64,000 bases of DNA from a virus: IMG/VR virus record IMGVR_UViG_3300002461_000812, positions 1 to 64,000 of that record; one strand, 5' to 3'. Numbering within the stretch: the stretch's first letter is position 1; each line of letters starts with the position of its first letter. The position numbers were made by a program, and so were the translations under genes. Below the pieces are notes generated by a model. The model had not been told where the DNA came from. It made no database searches and worked only from the letters and a program-made list of their open reading frames with translations. Of this stretch, positions 41,290-50,386 are shown piece by piece.

Positions 41290-42429
41290 GTGGACACCGG
41301 AACGCTGGCCAAGATCGCGCGCAACCTCGGAGCAGTGGAGGTTCGCGAGAAGGCAGGGAAGATCACCTGCTCATGCCTGCTCGCACGCTGGACGCACTCC
41401 GGCGCGCACGACACCAAGCCGTCGATGGTCATCTTCCCGTCGGGGAGAAAGGGCGACCCGATCTACAAGTGCCTGGGGTGTCACGAGGAAGGCTCTCTTC
41501 GAGAGCTGACGCTCGACATCTGGGCGGCGACCGGACGAAGCCAGATGGCTTCCATCCTGCTCATCGACGGAGACAGCGAGGGCGCGGCCAAGGCGGCCAC
41601 TGCCTCGTCCAGGTTCGCGTCGTGGGACGACAACGGACCGAAGAAGGAGCACAAGGCGTGGGGCGTCGAGCTGGCGGCGCCCAAGATCTTCGACGATGGC
41701 AAGCCCTACTACTCCAAGGCCGTGCTCGTCGAGGCCGACGCCGTCCCGGAGATCCCGGCGGAGGTCTACGCGCCGTACCTCGGGTCGATTCCGGCGTACG
41801 CCATCAAGCGCGGGCTGACGATCGAGACGTGCAAGACCTGGGAGCTGGGCCACGACCCCGACGGCAAGCGCCTGCTCTTTCCCATCCGGGATCGCGCCGG
41901 ACGCCTGGTGGCCATCTCTGGGCGCCTCTACGCCAAGAACTGCGTCTTCTGCGGCGGAGCCATCGCGCGCGGGGTCATCAAGGACGGCAAGAAGGTCCGC
42001 GACACCTGCACGGTCTGCGGGAAGTGGGAGCCGCCGAAGTACCTCCACTCCGACGGCTTCAAGCGGAACCTGGTCCTCTACGGGGAGCACCGAAAGCAGG
42101 ACGACGTGGACGGCAACGTCTTCCTGGTCGAGGGCCACCTCGACATGATCCTCATGTGGCAGGCCGGCTACCGTCCAGTCGTCGCCATGCTCGGGTCGTA
42201 CCCGGGCCGGTGCCAGATCGAGAAGCTCATCGCCTACTGGGGGCGAGCGATCACCGTGGTCCCGGACGGAGACAAGGCGGGGGCCAGCATGGCGGCCAAG
42301 GTCAAACAGCTCGTCGCCGGCCGCGTCGCCGTGCTCACGAGAGAGCTTCCCGAGGGCGCCGATCCGGGTAGTCTCACGCGCGAACAGATGCGTGAGTGCA
42401 TCGGTGAGCCGACGTTCGCGGTGGATTGA
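41290..42429 (+). CDS. dnaG: DnaG-type DNA primase (zinc finger + TOPRIM)
   Basis: CSC...H...CLGCH zinc motif. TOPRIM FLVEGHLDMI and VVPDGDKAG. GTG start. Confidence 0.85.
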   Translation: MDTGTLAKIARNLGAVEVREKAGKITCSCLLARWTHSGAHDTKPSMVIFPSGRKGDPIYKCLGCHEEGSLRELTLDIWAATGRSQMASILLIDGDSEGAAKAATASSRFASWDDNGPKKEHKAWGVELAAPKIFDDGKPYYSKAVLVEADAVPEIPAEVYAPYLGSIPAYAIKRGLTIETCKTWELGHDPDGKRLLFPIRDRAGRLVAISGRLYAKNCVFCGGAIARGVIKDGKKVRDTCTVCGKWEPPKYLHSDGFKRNLVLYGEHRKQDDVDGNVFLVEGHLDMILMWQAGYRPVVAMLGSYPGRCQIEKLIAYWGRAITVVPDGDKAGASMAAKVKQLVAGRVAVLTRELPEGADPGSLTREQMRECIGEPTFAVD

Positions 42430-42454
42430 CTTATCGCATCACATAGATTAGCTT
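42426..42454 (+). promoter_or_regulatory. possible promoter TTGACT-N17-TAGCTT in an AT-rich gap
   Basis: The -35 hexamer contains the TGA stop at 42427-42429. The -10 element is weak. Confidence 0.4.
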
Positions 42455-42503
42455 GCACTTTCACACGTTCGCTCAGACGAACAAAACACAACAGAGGTAG
42501 AGC

Positions 42504-43298
42504 ATGAGCTGGTTCAAGACTGGATGGAGTGAAACCAACGAGGAGGGGGCAAAGAGCCCCTTCGAGGCGAAGGGTCCGCGGCGCTTCTGGCTGCCGCCGG
42601 ACAAGGAAGCGCTCCTGCTCTTCCTCGAAGACGAGCCCACCGGCATGTGGGAGCACGGCTTCCAGATGAACGGCAAGTGGGGAAACTTCGAGCCCTGCCA
42701 CACGAAGAACAAGATCTCCGACCGGTGCCCGCCGTGCGACTCGGGGGACAAGATGTTCCCGTCGTTCATCGGGTTCTTCTCGGTCATCAACATGACCCCC
42801 TGGTTCACCAAGAAGGACAACCGCGAGATCAACTTCCAGCGTGAGGTCTTCGCGGCCCGCATGGGCAGCAAGGAGAAGCCCGGCATCCTCAAGAAGTTGG
42901 AGCGCTTGAAGCAGTCCGAGGGTCGGCTGCGCGGCTGCGTCTACAAGGTCTACCGCTCCGGCAAGAAGACCGAGTCGGTGGGCGACGACTTCAAGCTCAT
43001 CGAGAAGGTGGACGTGGACAAGATCGAGGCGTTCGGTCGCGAGAAGCTCGCGGCGTTCGTCAAGCGCATCAACGAGAAGCTCCCGGCCAAGGACCACGTC
43101 ACCGTGGACAAGCTCTGGGAGAAGAACCCCTGGCGGCCGTTCAACTTCGAGAAGCTCTTCGAGACCGACTGGAAGCCGCGGTCGCTCGCCGACCTCGACC
43201 GCCTCTTCGGCGTCAACGGCTCCGCCTCCGGTGGTCGCAAGACCGAGGAAGAGGGCGGCGGAGAGTCCGGCTCGGACGACGACGACATCCCGTACTGA
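42504..43298 (+). CDS. putative ssDNA-binding protein with a bacterial-SSB-like acidic tip
   Basis: Zinc motif-like CH...CPPC. Gly/acidic tail ending SDDDDIPY (compare bacterial SSB DDDIPF). Sits between the primase and helicase genes. Confidence 0.55.
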   Translation: MSWFKTGWSETNEEGAKSPFEAKGPRRFWLPPDKEALLLFLEDEPTGMWEHGFQMNGKWGNFEPCHTKNKISDRCPPCDSGDKMFPSFIGFFSVINMTPWFTKKDNREINFQREVFAARMGSKEKPGILKKLERLKQSEGRLRGCVYKVYRSGKKTESVGDDFKLIEKVDVDKIEAFGREKLAAFVKRINEKLPAKDHVTVDKLWEKNPWRPFNFEKLFETDWKPRSLADLDRLFGVNGSASGGRKTEEEGGGESGSDDDDIPY

Positions 43299-43339
43299 GC
43301 GTCTGAGTCGAGTCGTCTGAACTGAGTACATCCCCATGG

Positions 43340-43373
43340 GAGGGGGCGTCCGCGTCCGCGTGGGCGCCCCCTC
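43340..43373 (+). terminator. GC-rich hairpin after the SSB-like gene (no U-tract)
   Basis: GAGGGGGCG-N16-CGCCCCCTC. Confidence 0.4.
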
Positions 43374-43394
43374 TCTGTCTCCAGGAGGTTGTTT

Positions 43395-45227
43395 GTGAAG
43401 GTGCGTGTCTCCGGCATGGTGTGGCTTCCAAAGCGCGATCTCGGCGACAGCGGTGTCGTCCAGGTCAAGCGTGAGCTTCTCATCACGCCGAAGAAGCCAT
43501 CGTACGGCGGGGACGACGAAGGTCCTCCGACGCCCATCCAGTGCTGGGCGGAGACGCTGGAGGAGCTTGGCGTGCCCAGGTCCTACTTCTTCGCCACCGC
43601 CGACAGGGCGCACGACGTGGTCTGGGAACTGGGCGAGGGCAAGCCCACGAACCTCACCAGCCTCTTGCGTCAGGAGGGCCCATACGCGGAGCAGGCGGAA
43701 GCGGTCACGGCCTTCCTCACTCGGTACGGGTCGTTCGACCAGACGCAGGCATCGGGAGCGAACCTCTCCGGGATCCTCCGTGCCACGACCGGGTTCGGCA
43801 AGACCAACACCGCGCTCGAACTGATCAAGCGCGTGGGGCTCACGACCGTCGTGGTCGTCCACAAGGAGTTCCTTCTCACCCAGTGGGTGAAGCGCATCGC
43901 CAAGTTCCTCCCGGACGCGCGCGTGGGCGTGTGCCAGGGCACGCGGTGCGACTTCGAGGGCAAGGACATCGTCTTGGCGATGGCTCAGTCGCTCGCCCGC
44001 GAGGACCCCAACGCTCCAGCTCGGTACCCGGAGGAGTTCTACAACCACTTCGGGCTGCTCATCGTGGACGAGGTCCATCGGGTCGGCGCACCGACGTGGT
44101 CACCCATTCCCCAGCTCTTCCCAGCCAGGTACAGGCTCGGGCTCACGGCCACCCCGAGACGCAAGGACGGCGCGGACAAGGTCTTCTGGTGGCACCTGGG
44201 GGAGATCGTCTACACGGCCAAGACAGAGACGCCGAAGCCTCACGTCAGGGTGGTGAACCTCTCGACGAAGGGGCCGAGCATCATGCACGAGCAGCAGGCG
44301 CCGCGTGGCCTGGTGATGAAGCTGCTCTACCAGAACACCGAGCGGAACCAGGCGATCGTCTCCGAGCTGGTGGACGCGATGAAGTCGCCGGCCCAGCGGA
44401 AGGTCCTCGTGCTCTCTCACTTCCTGGAGCACCTCCGCGAACTGGAGGAGATGCTCCGGGAGCGACTGATCCGCGAGGGCATCCCCGACATCACGACCAG
44501 CTTCTACGTGGGCGAGTGGTTCTCCGACATCGAGACGCTCTCCCTGGCCAAGCGCAAGGAGCCGCTCGGCGACGACAGAGAGCGTGCGATCGATGCCATC
44601 TACCGGCACTTTCGGCGACAGTTCTTCGAGGGCGAACTGGCGGAGGGAGAGGCCAGGGCCAGAGGCGCATGGCGGTGTGCTGAGACGTTCGGCGAGCGAG
44701 TGGGACGCGCGGGGGACGGGCCGACCAAGAGGTACGTCGCGCTCTACAAGCACGGCCTCCGTCCAGTCTGCCTCGACGACACGACCGACAAGGGCCTCAT
44801 CGCGATGGCCAAGGACTACGACGTGGCCCAGGCCAAGTCGGTCACCAAGCGCGTGACCATGACCGAGGAGCAGCTCCACAAGTCGGAGCGCGCCCGGGTC
44901 ATCTTCGCCACCTACCAGATGTGCTCCGAGGGCGTGGACATCCCGGCCGTGGACACCCTCGGCCTGGTGACCCCCATGAGCGACATCGAGCAGGCGTACG
45001 GGCGAGCCCGCCGCAACTGCGTCCCCCAGCGACACGGAGGGGAGATGTCCACCGAGGCGTGTGAGCACCTCTGCCCATGGCGCGCCTCCACCTGCACGGG
45101 CAAGCCCCACCCCGTGACCTTCGACATGGCCGACGTGCTCGTGCCGTTGGCGAACCGCTCCAAGCGCTATCGGATGGCTTTTTACCGCGAGGTAGGAGCT
45201 AAGGTTGCCGAGTCAAAGGTGGCTTGA
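43395..45227 (+). CDS. SF2 DEAD/DEAH-box helicase (Res subunit/XPB-like)
   Basis: ATTGFGKT (I), IVDEVHR (II), LGLTATP (III), QAYGRARR (VI). GTG 43395 lies 6 nt after AGGAGG, whereas the ORF track starts at TTG 43389. Confidence 0.85.
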   Translation: MKVRVSGMVWLPKRDLGDSGVVQVKRELLITPKKPSYGGDDEGPPTPIQCWAETLEELGVPRSYFFATADRAHDVVWELGEGKPTNLTSLLRQEGPYAEQAEAVTAFLTRYGSFDQTQASGANLSGILRATTGFGKTNTALELIKRVGLTTVVVVHKEFLLTQWVKRIAKFLPDARVGVCQGTRCDFEGKDIVLAMAQSLAREDPNAPARYPEEFYNHFGLLIVDEVHRVGAPTWSPIPQLFPARYRLGLTATPRRKDGADKVFWWHLGEIVYTAKTETPKPHVRVVNLSTKGPSIMHEQQAPRGLVMKLLYQNTERNQAIVSELVDAMKSPAQRKVLVLSHFLEHLRELEEMLRERLIREGIPDITTSFYVGEWFSDIETLSLAKRKEPLGDDRERAIDAIYRHFRRQFFEGELAEGEARARGAWRCAETFGERVGRAGDGPTKRYVALYKHGLRPVCLDDTTDKGLIAMAKDYDVAQAKSVTKRVTMTEEQLHKSERARVIFATYQMCSEGVDIPAVDTLGLVTPMSDIEQAYGRARRNCVPQRHGGEMSTEACEHLCPWRASTCTGKPHPVTFDMADVLVPLANRSKRYRMAFYREVGAKVAESKVA

Positions 45228-45251
45228 CTAACCATTCTGAGAGTGTAATAT
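45224..45251 (+). promoter_or_regulatory. sigma70-like promoter TTGACT-N16-TAATAT
   Basis: The -35 hexamer contains the TGA stop at 45225-45227. Confidence 0.7.
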
Positions 45252-45276
45252 GAGAGGTTATGAGGAGGCAAGGCCA

Positions 45277-45798
45277 GTGGCGAATCGACCAGGATACTTC
45301 AAGGGATACTACGCGGAGAACAAGGACGACATCCTGAACGCTCGCAAGAAGCGCTACAAGGATGACCCGGCGTACCGGGACAAGGTCCTCCAGTCCTCGC
45401 GCGAGTACCGCAAGAACCAGCGGTCCGAGCCACGGGTCAAGACGCGCCGGTACCAGAAGCCGATCGTCGGGACGAGTGCTGACGGCACCGAGGTCCAGCT
45501 CTGCTCGGTGGGCGCGCTCGCCATCATGCTCCAGCGGTCGGTCCAGGCGATCAACCACTGGCAGAAGAGGGGGCTCCTGCCGGACACTCCCTACCGCGAC
45601 GAGCGCGGTTTCCGCTTCTACACGCCCGTCATGATGGAGGCCATCCGGGACGAGGTCGGGACCAAGCGCCGGCTCTTCCCCGTGGACCCCGAGATGGCGA
45701 ACAAGATTCGGCAGAAGTGGGAAGAGTCCGGGGCTCCGGTGGACTACCAGGGCCAGGACATCCAGGAAGCCATCCGGCTCACGACGAAGAAGCCCTGA
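45277..45798 (+). CDS. MerR-type HTH DNA-binding protein
   Basis: SVGALAIMLQRSVQAINHWQKRGLLP...GFRFYT. GTG 45277 follows GAGGAGG, whereas the ORF-track ATG 45250 lies inside the predicted -10 element. Confidence 0.6.
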   Translation: MANRPGYFKGYYAENKDDILNARKKRYKDDPAYRDKVLQSSREYRKNQRSEPRVKTRRYQKPIVGTSADGTEVQLCSVGALAIMLQRSVQAINHWQKRGLLPDTPYRDERGFRFYTPVMMEAIRDEVGTKRRLFPVDPEMANKIRQKWEESGAPVDYQGQDIQEAIRLTTKKP

Positions 45799-45840
45799 TC
45801 ATCAACCCCAAAGCAGAAGCAGAACCAGGAGAAGAAGCAG

Positions 45841-46176
45841 ATGAACAAGCCAGGGGAGTACGGCGGTGTCGCCAGGATCGGCGCCCGTTTCGTTCGTAGC
45901 GGCAAGGAAGAGGTCATCAAGGAGACCGAGGAGGTCGTCGAGCCGGCCGTCTTCAAGACGGCACCGGCTATGGTGACCAGGGGGTACGGCCTCACCCTCA
46001 ACCTCGGGAACTACGAGTCGGCGCGGTTCGACGTGACCATCGTCATGCCGTGCTACCCCGAGGACGTGGACGCGTGCGACGAGTGGTGTCGCGCTTGGGT
46101 CGAGAAGCGCACGGTCGAAGAAGTGGCTTCCGTGCGCGGTAGCAAGGGGCCCAAGAAGCTGCCTGGAGCGTTCTGA
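45841..46176 (+). CDS. hypothetical protein (111 aa)
   Basis: ORF track with a strong GGAGAAGAAGCAG leader. Confidence 0.7.
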   Translation: MNKPGEYGGVARIGARFVRSGKEEVIKETEEVVEPAVFKTAPAMVTRGYGLTLNLGNYESARFDVTIVMPCYPEDVDACDEWCRAWVEKRTVEEVASVRGSKGPKKLPGAF

Positions 46177-46178
46177 AC

Positions 46179-47714
46179 ATGAACATCAAGTCCGCGCTCG
46201 CCATCTTCCAGAAGACGGTCATCAAGGCCCAGGGTCTCGGTGGCTCCGCCGAGTCGAAGGCGATGGTGGACCGGTGGATTCCCACCGGTTCGCTGTCGCT
46301 CGACGCGGGCCTCGGCGGTGGCGTCCGCGTGGGCGTCATCACGATGTTCTTCGGCGAGAAGTCCGGCGGAAAGACCACGTCCACCGCGCGTGTGGCGGGG
46401 AACTCGCAGAAGCTCTGCCGGAACTGCTTCCGTGAGGCGTCGCGTGACTTGTGGGAGATCTACACCGGGTTCCCGGTCGGCAAGACCACCGGTGGAGAGC
46501 TGTTCGTTGGTGAGCATGGGGAGTGCGACGCGACCCGCATCGAAGCGCACGAGATCTGCACCATGCTCGGCATGGAGCTGGTGGCGACGGCGCACGGGCA
46601 GATCTTCTACGCGCACCCCGAGGACGAGAAGAAGAACGCGCGCCTCGTGCAGAAGCCGGGCGGGGTGGAGGCTGTCGAGCCGTCCGAGGCTGACCGCGCT
46701 GCCATGGGAGAAGAGGCCAGGTGGGGAGCGCGCGGGTACTGCTCCTGCCACTCGGAGGGCATCTACATGCCCGAGTCGGAGCCGAAGAAGCAGGCTGGAG
46801 AGGGTCAGGGCGACTACAACAAGCGGCTCGCCCGATGGAAGCTGGACCTGCGGCTGAACAGCTACGACGAGTTCGTCGTGGCCTGGATCGATGTCGAGGG
46901 TGCCTACTCCAAGACGTGGTTCGCGAAGCTCGGCATCGACAACCGTCGCGTCCTGCTCATCCGTCCCACGAACGCTGAGGAGGCGATCGACATCTGCCAC
47001 GCGCTCGTGCTGACGAACGAGGTGGACCTCATGGTCATCGACTCGATCGCCCAGCTCGTCCCGCAGAAGGAGATCACTGCCTCGATGGAGGAGTGGCAGC
47101 AAGGGCTCCAGGCGCGGCTCATCAACAAGGCGGCGCGCAAGATCGTGTCGGCGCTCTCCGTACAGGCGAACCGCGAGAGGCCGATGACGCAGCTCTGGAT
47201 CAACCAGACCCGAGAGAAGATCGGCGTCATGTTCGGCAGCCCGATCGTGAAGCCCGGTGGCAAGGGCCAGGACTTCGCCATCCACGCCGAGATCCAGTTC
47301 AACCGATCGAAGGTGAAGACAGTCAACGAGCAGTACGGCTCGAAGGACGAGGTCGTCACCATCCCGATCGAGGAGACGTTCTCGTTCAAGAACACGAAGA
47401 ACAGGACGGCCGGAACCAGGAGCAGCGCAGGCGAGTACACGCAGTCGATGCGCGACAACGATCGCGGGCCGGCAGGTACCGTCATCGAGGACGAGTACAT
47501 CTTCAAGCTCGCGATGCACTACCTCGTCGTCGCCGACAAGAAGAAGGGCACGTACACCCTGGGCACGCACGTCTTCGACTCGCAGAAGGGACTGCTCAAC
47601 GCGATCAAGGACGACCCGGAGTTTCTCGCCGCGGTCAGGGCCACGCTCCTGCACCACATCCTCTACTCGCAGTCGGCGATCGGCGGCGGCAAGGTCGCAG
47701 AGCAGGCGGAGTGA
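46179..47714 (+). CDS. recA: RecA-family recombinase carrying a Cys-rich insertion of about 150 aa after the Walker A motif
   Basis: GEKSGGKTT, WIDVEGAYSKTWFAKLGID, MVIDSIAQLVP, INQTREKIGVMFGSP. The insertion spans roughly aa 80-231 and contains CRNC...C...C...CSCH. Confidence 0.85.
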   Translation: MNIKSALAIFQKTVIKAQGLGGSAESKAMVDRWIPTGSLSLDAGLGGGVRVGVITMFFGEKSGGKTTSTARVAGNSQKLCRNCFREASRDLWEIYTGFPVGKTTGGELFVGEHGECDATRIEAHEICTMLGMELVATAHGQIFYAHPEDEKKNARLVQKPGGVEAVEPSEADRAAMGEEARWGARGYCSCHSEGIYMPESEPKKQAGEGQGDYNKRLARWKLDLRLNSYDEFVVAWIDVEGAYSKTWFAKLGIDNRRVLLIRPTNAEEAIDICHALVLTNEVDLMVIDSIAQLVPQKEITASMEEWQQGLQARLINKAARKIVSALSVQANRERPMTQLWINQTREKIGVMFGSPIVKPGGKGQDFAIHAEIQFNRSKVKTVNEQYGSKDEVVTIPIEETFSFKNTKNRTAGTRSSAGEYTQSMRDNDRGPAGTVIEDEYIFKLAMHYLVVADKKKGTYTLGTHVFDSQKGLLNAIKDDPEFLAAVRATLLHHILYSQSAIGGGKVAEQAE

Positions 47715-48148
47715 TGGTGAAGAAGGAGGTCGTGCCGTTCCTGCTCCGGGACGGGAGCCGCGAGGAGGCCAAGAAGGACAAGAGCCACCGGCGCAAGCCG
47801 AAGGCCCAGGAGTCTCGTGTTGCGGCGGCCATCGGAGGGCTGAGGCAGCCGGGCTCGGGAGCCTTCGACCACCACAAGGGCGACGTGAAGAAGTCGCACG
47901 GCGACTTCCCGCTCCTGGTCGAGTGCAAGCGGACGAGCGGACAGAAGACGCTCCGCCTCGACTCCGCTTGGCTGGCCAAGATCACGCGCGAGGCGCACGC
48001 GCGTGCGAGCTACCCGGCGCTCTCCATCGAGTTCGATGAGGACATCGTCCGCCAGCTCGACGGGTCTCCCGAGGCCACTTGGGTCGCGCTCCCGCTCTCG
48101 GTCCTTCGCGGCCTCCTGGAGAAGGCCGGGGAGACCGTGGACCTGTGA
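47714..48148 (+). CDS. putative Holliday-junction resolvase (Hjc/PD-(D/E)XK-like)
   Basis: ATG 47714 overlaps the recA stop. ESRVAAAIGG...GSG...GDV...LLVECKRT resembles the E...SG...D...E-x-K pattern. Confidence 0.5.
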   Translation: MVKKEVVPFLLRDGSREEAKKDKSHRRKPKAQESRVAAAIGGLRQPGSGAFDHHKGDVKKSHGDFPLLVECKRTSGQKTLRLDSAWLAKITREAHARASYPALSIEFDEDIVRQLDGSPEATWVALPLSVLRGLLEKAGETVDL

Positions 48149-48963
48149 ACGAAGGACACACGTTCCGGAAGTGCGAGGTGCCGGCGCCATCGCCCGACGA
48201 GGTCAAGAGGTACAGATCGTACCTGACCAGGCTCTCGAAGTGGGCGGCGTTCGATCGCCAGAACAAGGAGGGTCTCGTCAAGGACGCGCACGTCAGGGGT
48301 TTCCTGATCGGTCGCGGAGAACTGGCGAGCTACCTCGACAGCGCGTGGGCCAAGAAGATCTTCGGCGACAAGGAGCTGTTCACCGACGCCGGGGACGGCT
48401 TCTGGACGGTCGCCGCCATGCGCCCGGAAGAAGCCCCCGGAGAGCCCACTCCGTGGACGGGTCTCAGGCCGGGCGAAGACCTTCTCGGCGATGTGCTGGT
48501 GCGGGCCCACGATGACGTGGTCAGGTGCAACACGTCCGAGCTGAACCTGCGGTCGAGGTTCCTCGACTCCGAGGGGTGGGACCCCATCCACCGGGTCATG
48601 CTCAGGGCGCTGGAGGCGGCGAAGGCCAAGGGCCTGGAGAAGCCGCTGAACGAGTTGCAGGACCGCTCGTTCCGCGAGTCGCTGCTCGATGGCGACACCT
48701 ACGTCCAGATCGTCTCGATCTGGCTCTTCAACACGAGGTTGCTCGTGGACGCGATGACGAGGTTCCTTGCGGCCGTGAAGGGAGACGCCAGCGGCGTCCA
48801 GCCGTACGAACTGGACTTCTACGCGCCGTCCGCCGTGCCGATCACCAAGGCTCCCGACGGCACGCTCCAAGCCGTGGGCGCTGCGCCAACCTACGAGACG
48901 TGCCTCGAAAACGTGAAGACTATTCTCTTGAATCGCGGCATCTTGGGTGGTAAGAAGCGATAA
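48145..48963 (+). CDS. hypothetical protein (272 aa)
   Basis: GTG 48145 forms a GTGA overlap, inside ORF 48079..48963. Confidence 0.65.
   Translation: MNEGHTFRKCEVPAPSPDEVKRYRSYLTRLSKWAAFDRQNKEGLVKDAHVRGFLIGRGELASYLDSAWAKKIFGDKELFTDAGDGFWTVAAMRPEEAPGEPTPWTGLRPGEDLLGDVLVRAHDDVVRCNTSELNLRSRFLDSEGWDPIHRVMLRALEAAKAKGLEKPLNELQDRSFRESLLDGDTYVQIVSIWLFNTRLLVDAMTRFLAAVKGDASGVQPYELDFYAPSAVPITKAPDGTLQAVGAAPTYETCLENVKTILLNRGILGGKKR
48928..48956 (+). promoter_or_regulatory. possible promoter TTGAAT-N17-TAAGAA
   Basis: Lies inside the 3' end of gene 48145-48963, 10 nt before ATG 48967. Confidence 0.45.
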
Positions 48964-48966
48964 CCA

Positions 48967-49899
48967 ATGCCCATCATGGACATGATAGAAGCGATTCGCG
49001 GCGCGCGTGAGGATCGCGGGCTCCTCGTGCCGATGCTCATGGAGAGCTTGGTCAGGACCGACATCAAGGCTCCGCCGGGGCCGAAGTCCTGGCTCGGCGT
49101 GTCGAGGCTTCCCTCCCTCTGCCCGAAGGCAGTGGTCATGGCCCATCGGCTCCAGGTCCAGCTTGTGGACGAGGTGGACCTCAAGGGTCGCTGGAACATG
49201 GACCGCGGGACCGGTCTTCACGTCATGGTCCAGGAGTTGTGGTTGGGTCCCACGGGCTACCTGCTCGGCGGATGGCAGTGCCCGCGCTGCGCGCACATAC
49301 ACGGCTCGGTCGATGGCGAGGATCGCGAGGGTCTCGTGGTGCCAACCGTGACCTTCTGCTCCGCGGTGCCGATGCCGGAGGAGTGCGAGAAGTGCAAGCT
49401 CCACGGCGGGAAGTGGCATCGCTTCCGGTTCATCGAGCCCGAGTTCCGTGACTACCGGCTGTTCGTCTCGGGGAAGAGCGACGGGCTGCTCCACCTGGCG
49501 CCGAACCCGATCGAGGTCATGGACCTCAAGACCACCGGGACCGACTTCGACAAGACGTACACCAGGCGCGACGGCACCTTCTTCCCGAGCCTTCGCGACG
49601 CCCCGCGCAAGAACGACGTGGGCCAGCTCCAGTGGTACCTCGATGCGGCCGGCCTGAACTCGGGGAGGCTGATCTACCTGAACCCAGGCGCGGACAGCGT
49701 CGAGACGGCGATGGTCGAGCACAAGGTCGCGTTCGACCCCGTCTACATGCACAACGAGAAGGAGAAGCTGCGTGGTCTCCGTGAAGCCCTTGAAGAAGAA
49801 GCCCGACCCGTCCCTGATTGCCCGTATGACGGAGCGGGTCCGTACGGGGAGTGCAGTTGCGTCGAGGTGGCAGTGCTCTGGGCGCGTTCTAGGCGTTGA
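48967..49899 (+). CDS. Cas4/RecB-like PD-(D/E)XK exonuclease with Cys cluster
   Basis: N-terminal SLCPKA plus C-terminal CPYDGAGPYGECSC (a 1+3 Cys pattern). DGLLH...VMDLKT core. Inserted CPRC...CEKC ribbon. Confidence 0.6.
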   Translation: MPIMDMIEAIRGAREDRGLLVPMLMESLVRTDIKAPPGPKSWLGVSRLPSLCPKAVVMAHRLQVQLVDEVDLKGRWNMDRGTGLHVMVQELWLGPTGYLLGGWQCPRCAHIHGSVDGEDREGLVVPTVTFCSAVPMPEECEKCKLHGGKWHRFRFIEPEFRDYRLFVSGKSDGLLHLAPNPIEVMDLKTTGTDFDKTYTRRDGTFFPSLRDAPRKNDVGQLQWYLDAAGLNSGRLIYLNPGADSVETAMVEHKVAFDPVYMHNEKEKLRGLREALEEEARPVPDCPYDGAGPYGECSCVEVAVLWARSRR

Positions 49900-50386
49900 A
49901 CTCTCTCCGGCCCACACCGGGCTGGTCGTCCTCTCCGAATCCGGGGTTTTCCTCCATGCAAGCACCCTCGACTACCAGCTCACCAGGCAGCACAAGGGCG
50001 ACCAGCCGGTCACCGAGGCGCAGCGCATCGAGAGGATGCTCGGCATCGCGAACGACGTGGTCGGCATCACCAAGGACTGGAAGATCCGGTACGTCGGGAT
50101 CAGGGGTCACGCGATGAACGCGGCGGCCTATCAGGTGGGCGAGGTGTCGGGGGTCCTCAAGACCCAGCTCTACCTGGCGCTCAGGATCGTCTCGGAGGTC
50201 GTACCGTCGATCCCCGCTCACAAGCATGTCTTGGGGCAGGGCCGACCGGCGGGTCACGAAGTAGTTCGGGCGGTTCGAGACGGTCTGGGATACGACGCCA
50301 AGACGCCCACGGAAGCGGAGGCAGCGATCGTGGCCAGGTACCTGTTCGACAAGAAAGTGGCTGAGCAGAAGGAGGTCGCTCGATGA
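49772..50386 (+). CDS. RuvC-like resolvase-fold protein, start uncertain and acidic residues partly substituted
   Basis: LGVELSPAHTGLVVL...EAEAAIVARY resembles RuvC motifs. GTG 49772 follows GAGAAGGAGAAG but overlaps the upstream gene by 128 nt. The alternative start is ATG 49826. Confidence 0.45.
   Translation: MVSVKPLKKKPDPSLIARMTERVRTGSAVASRWQCSGRVLGVELSPAHTGLVVLSESGVFLHASTLDYQLTRQHKGDQPVTEAQRIERMLGIANDVVGITKDWKIRYVGIRGHAMNAAAYQVGEVSGVLKTQLYLALRIVSEVVPSIPAHKHVLGQGRPAGHEVVRAVRDGLGYDAKTPTEAEAAIVARYLFDKKVAEQKEVAR

Noticed and set aside
45250-45276. ORF-track ATG 45250 as the start of the MerR-like gene.
   Set aside because: This ATG lies inside the predicted TAATAT -10 hexamer. GTG 45277, preceded by GAGGAGG, is more plausible.
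46416-46871. Intein within the RecA homologue.
   Set aside because: The insert lacks the terminal His-Asn plus Cys/Ser/Thr junction and the block A/B motifs. It is treated as an inserted domain instead.
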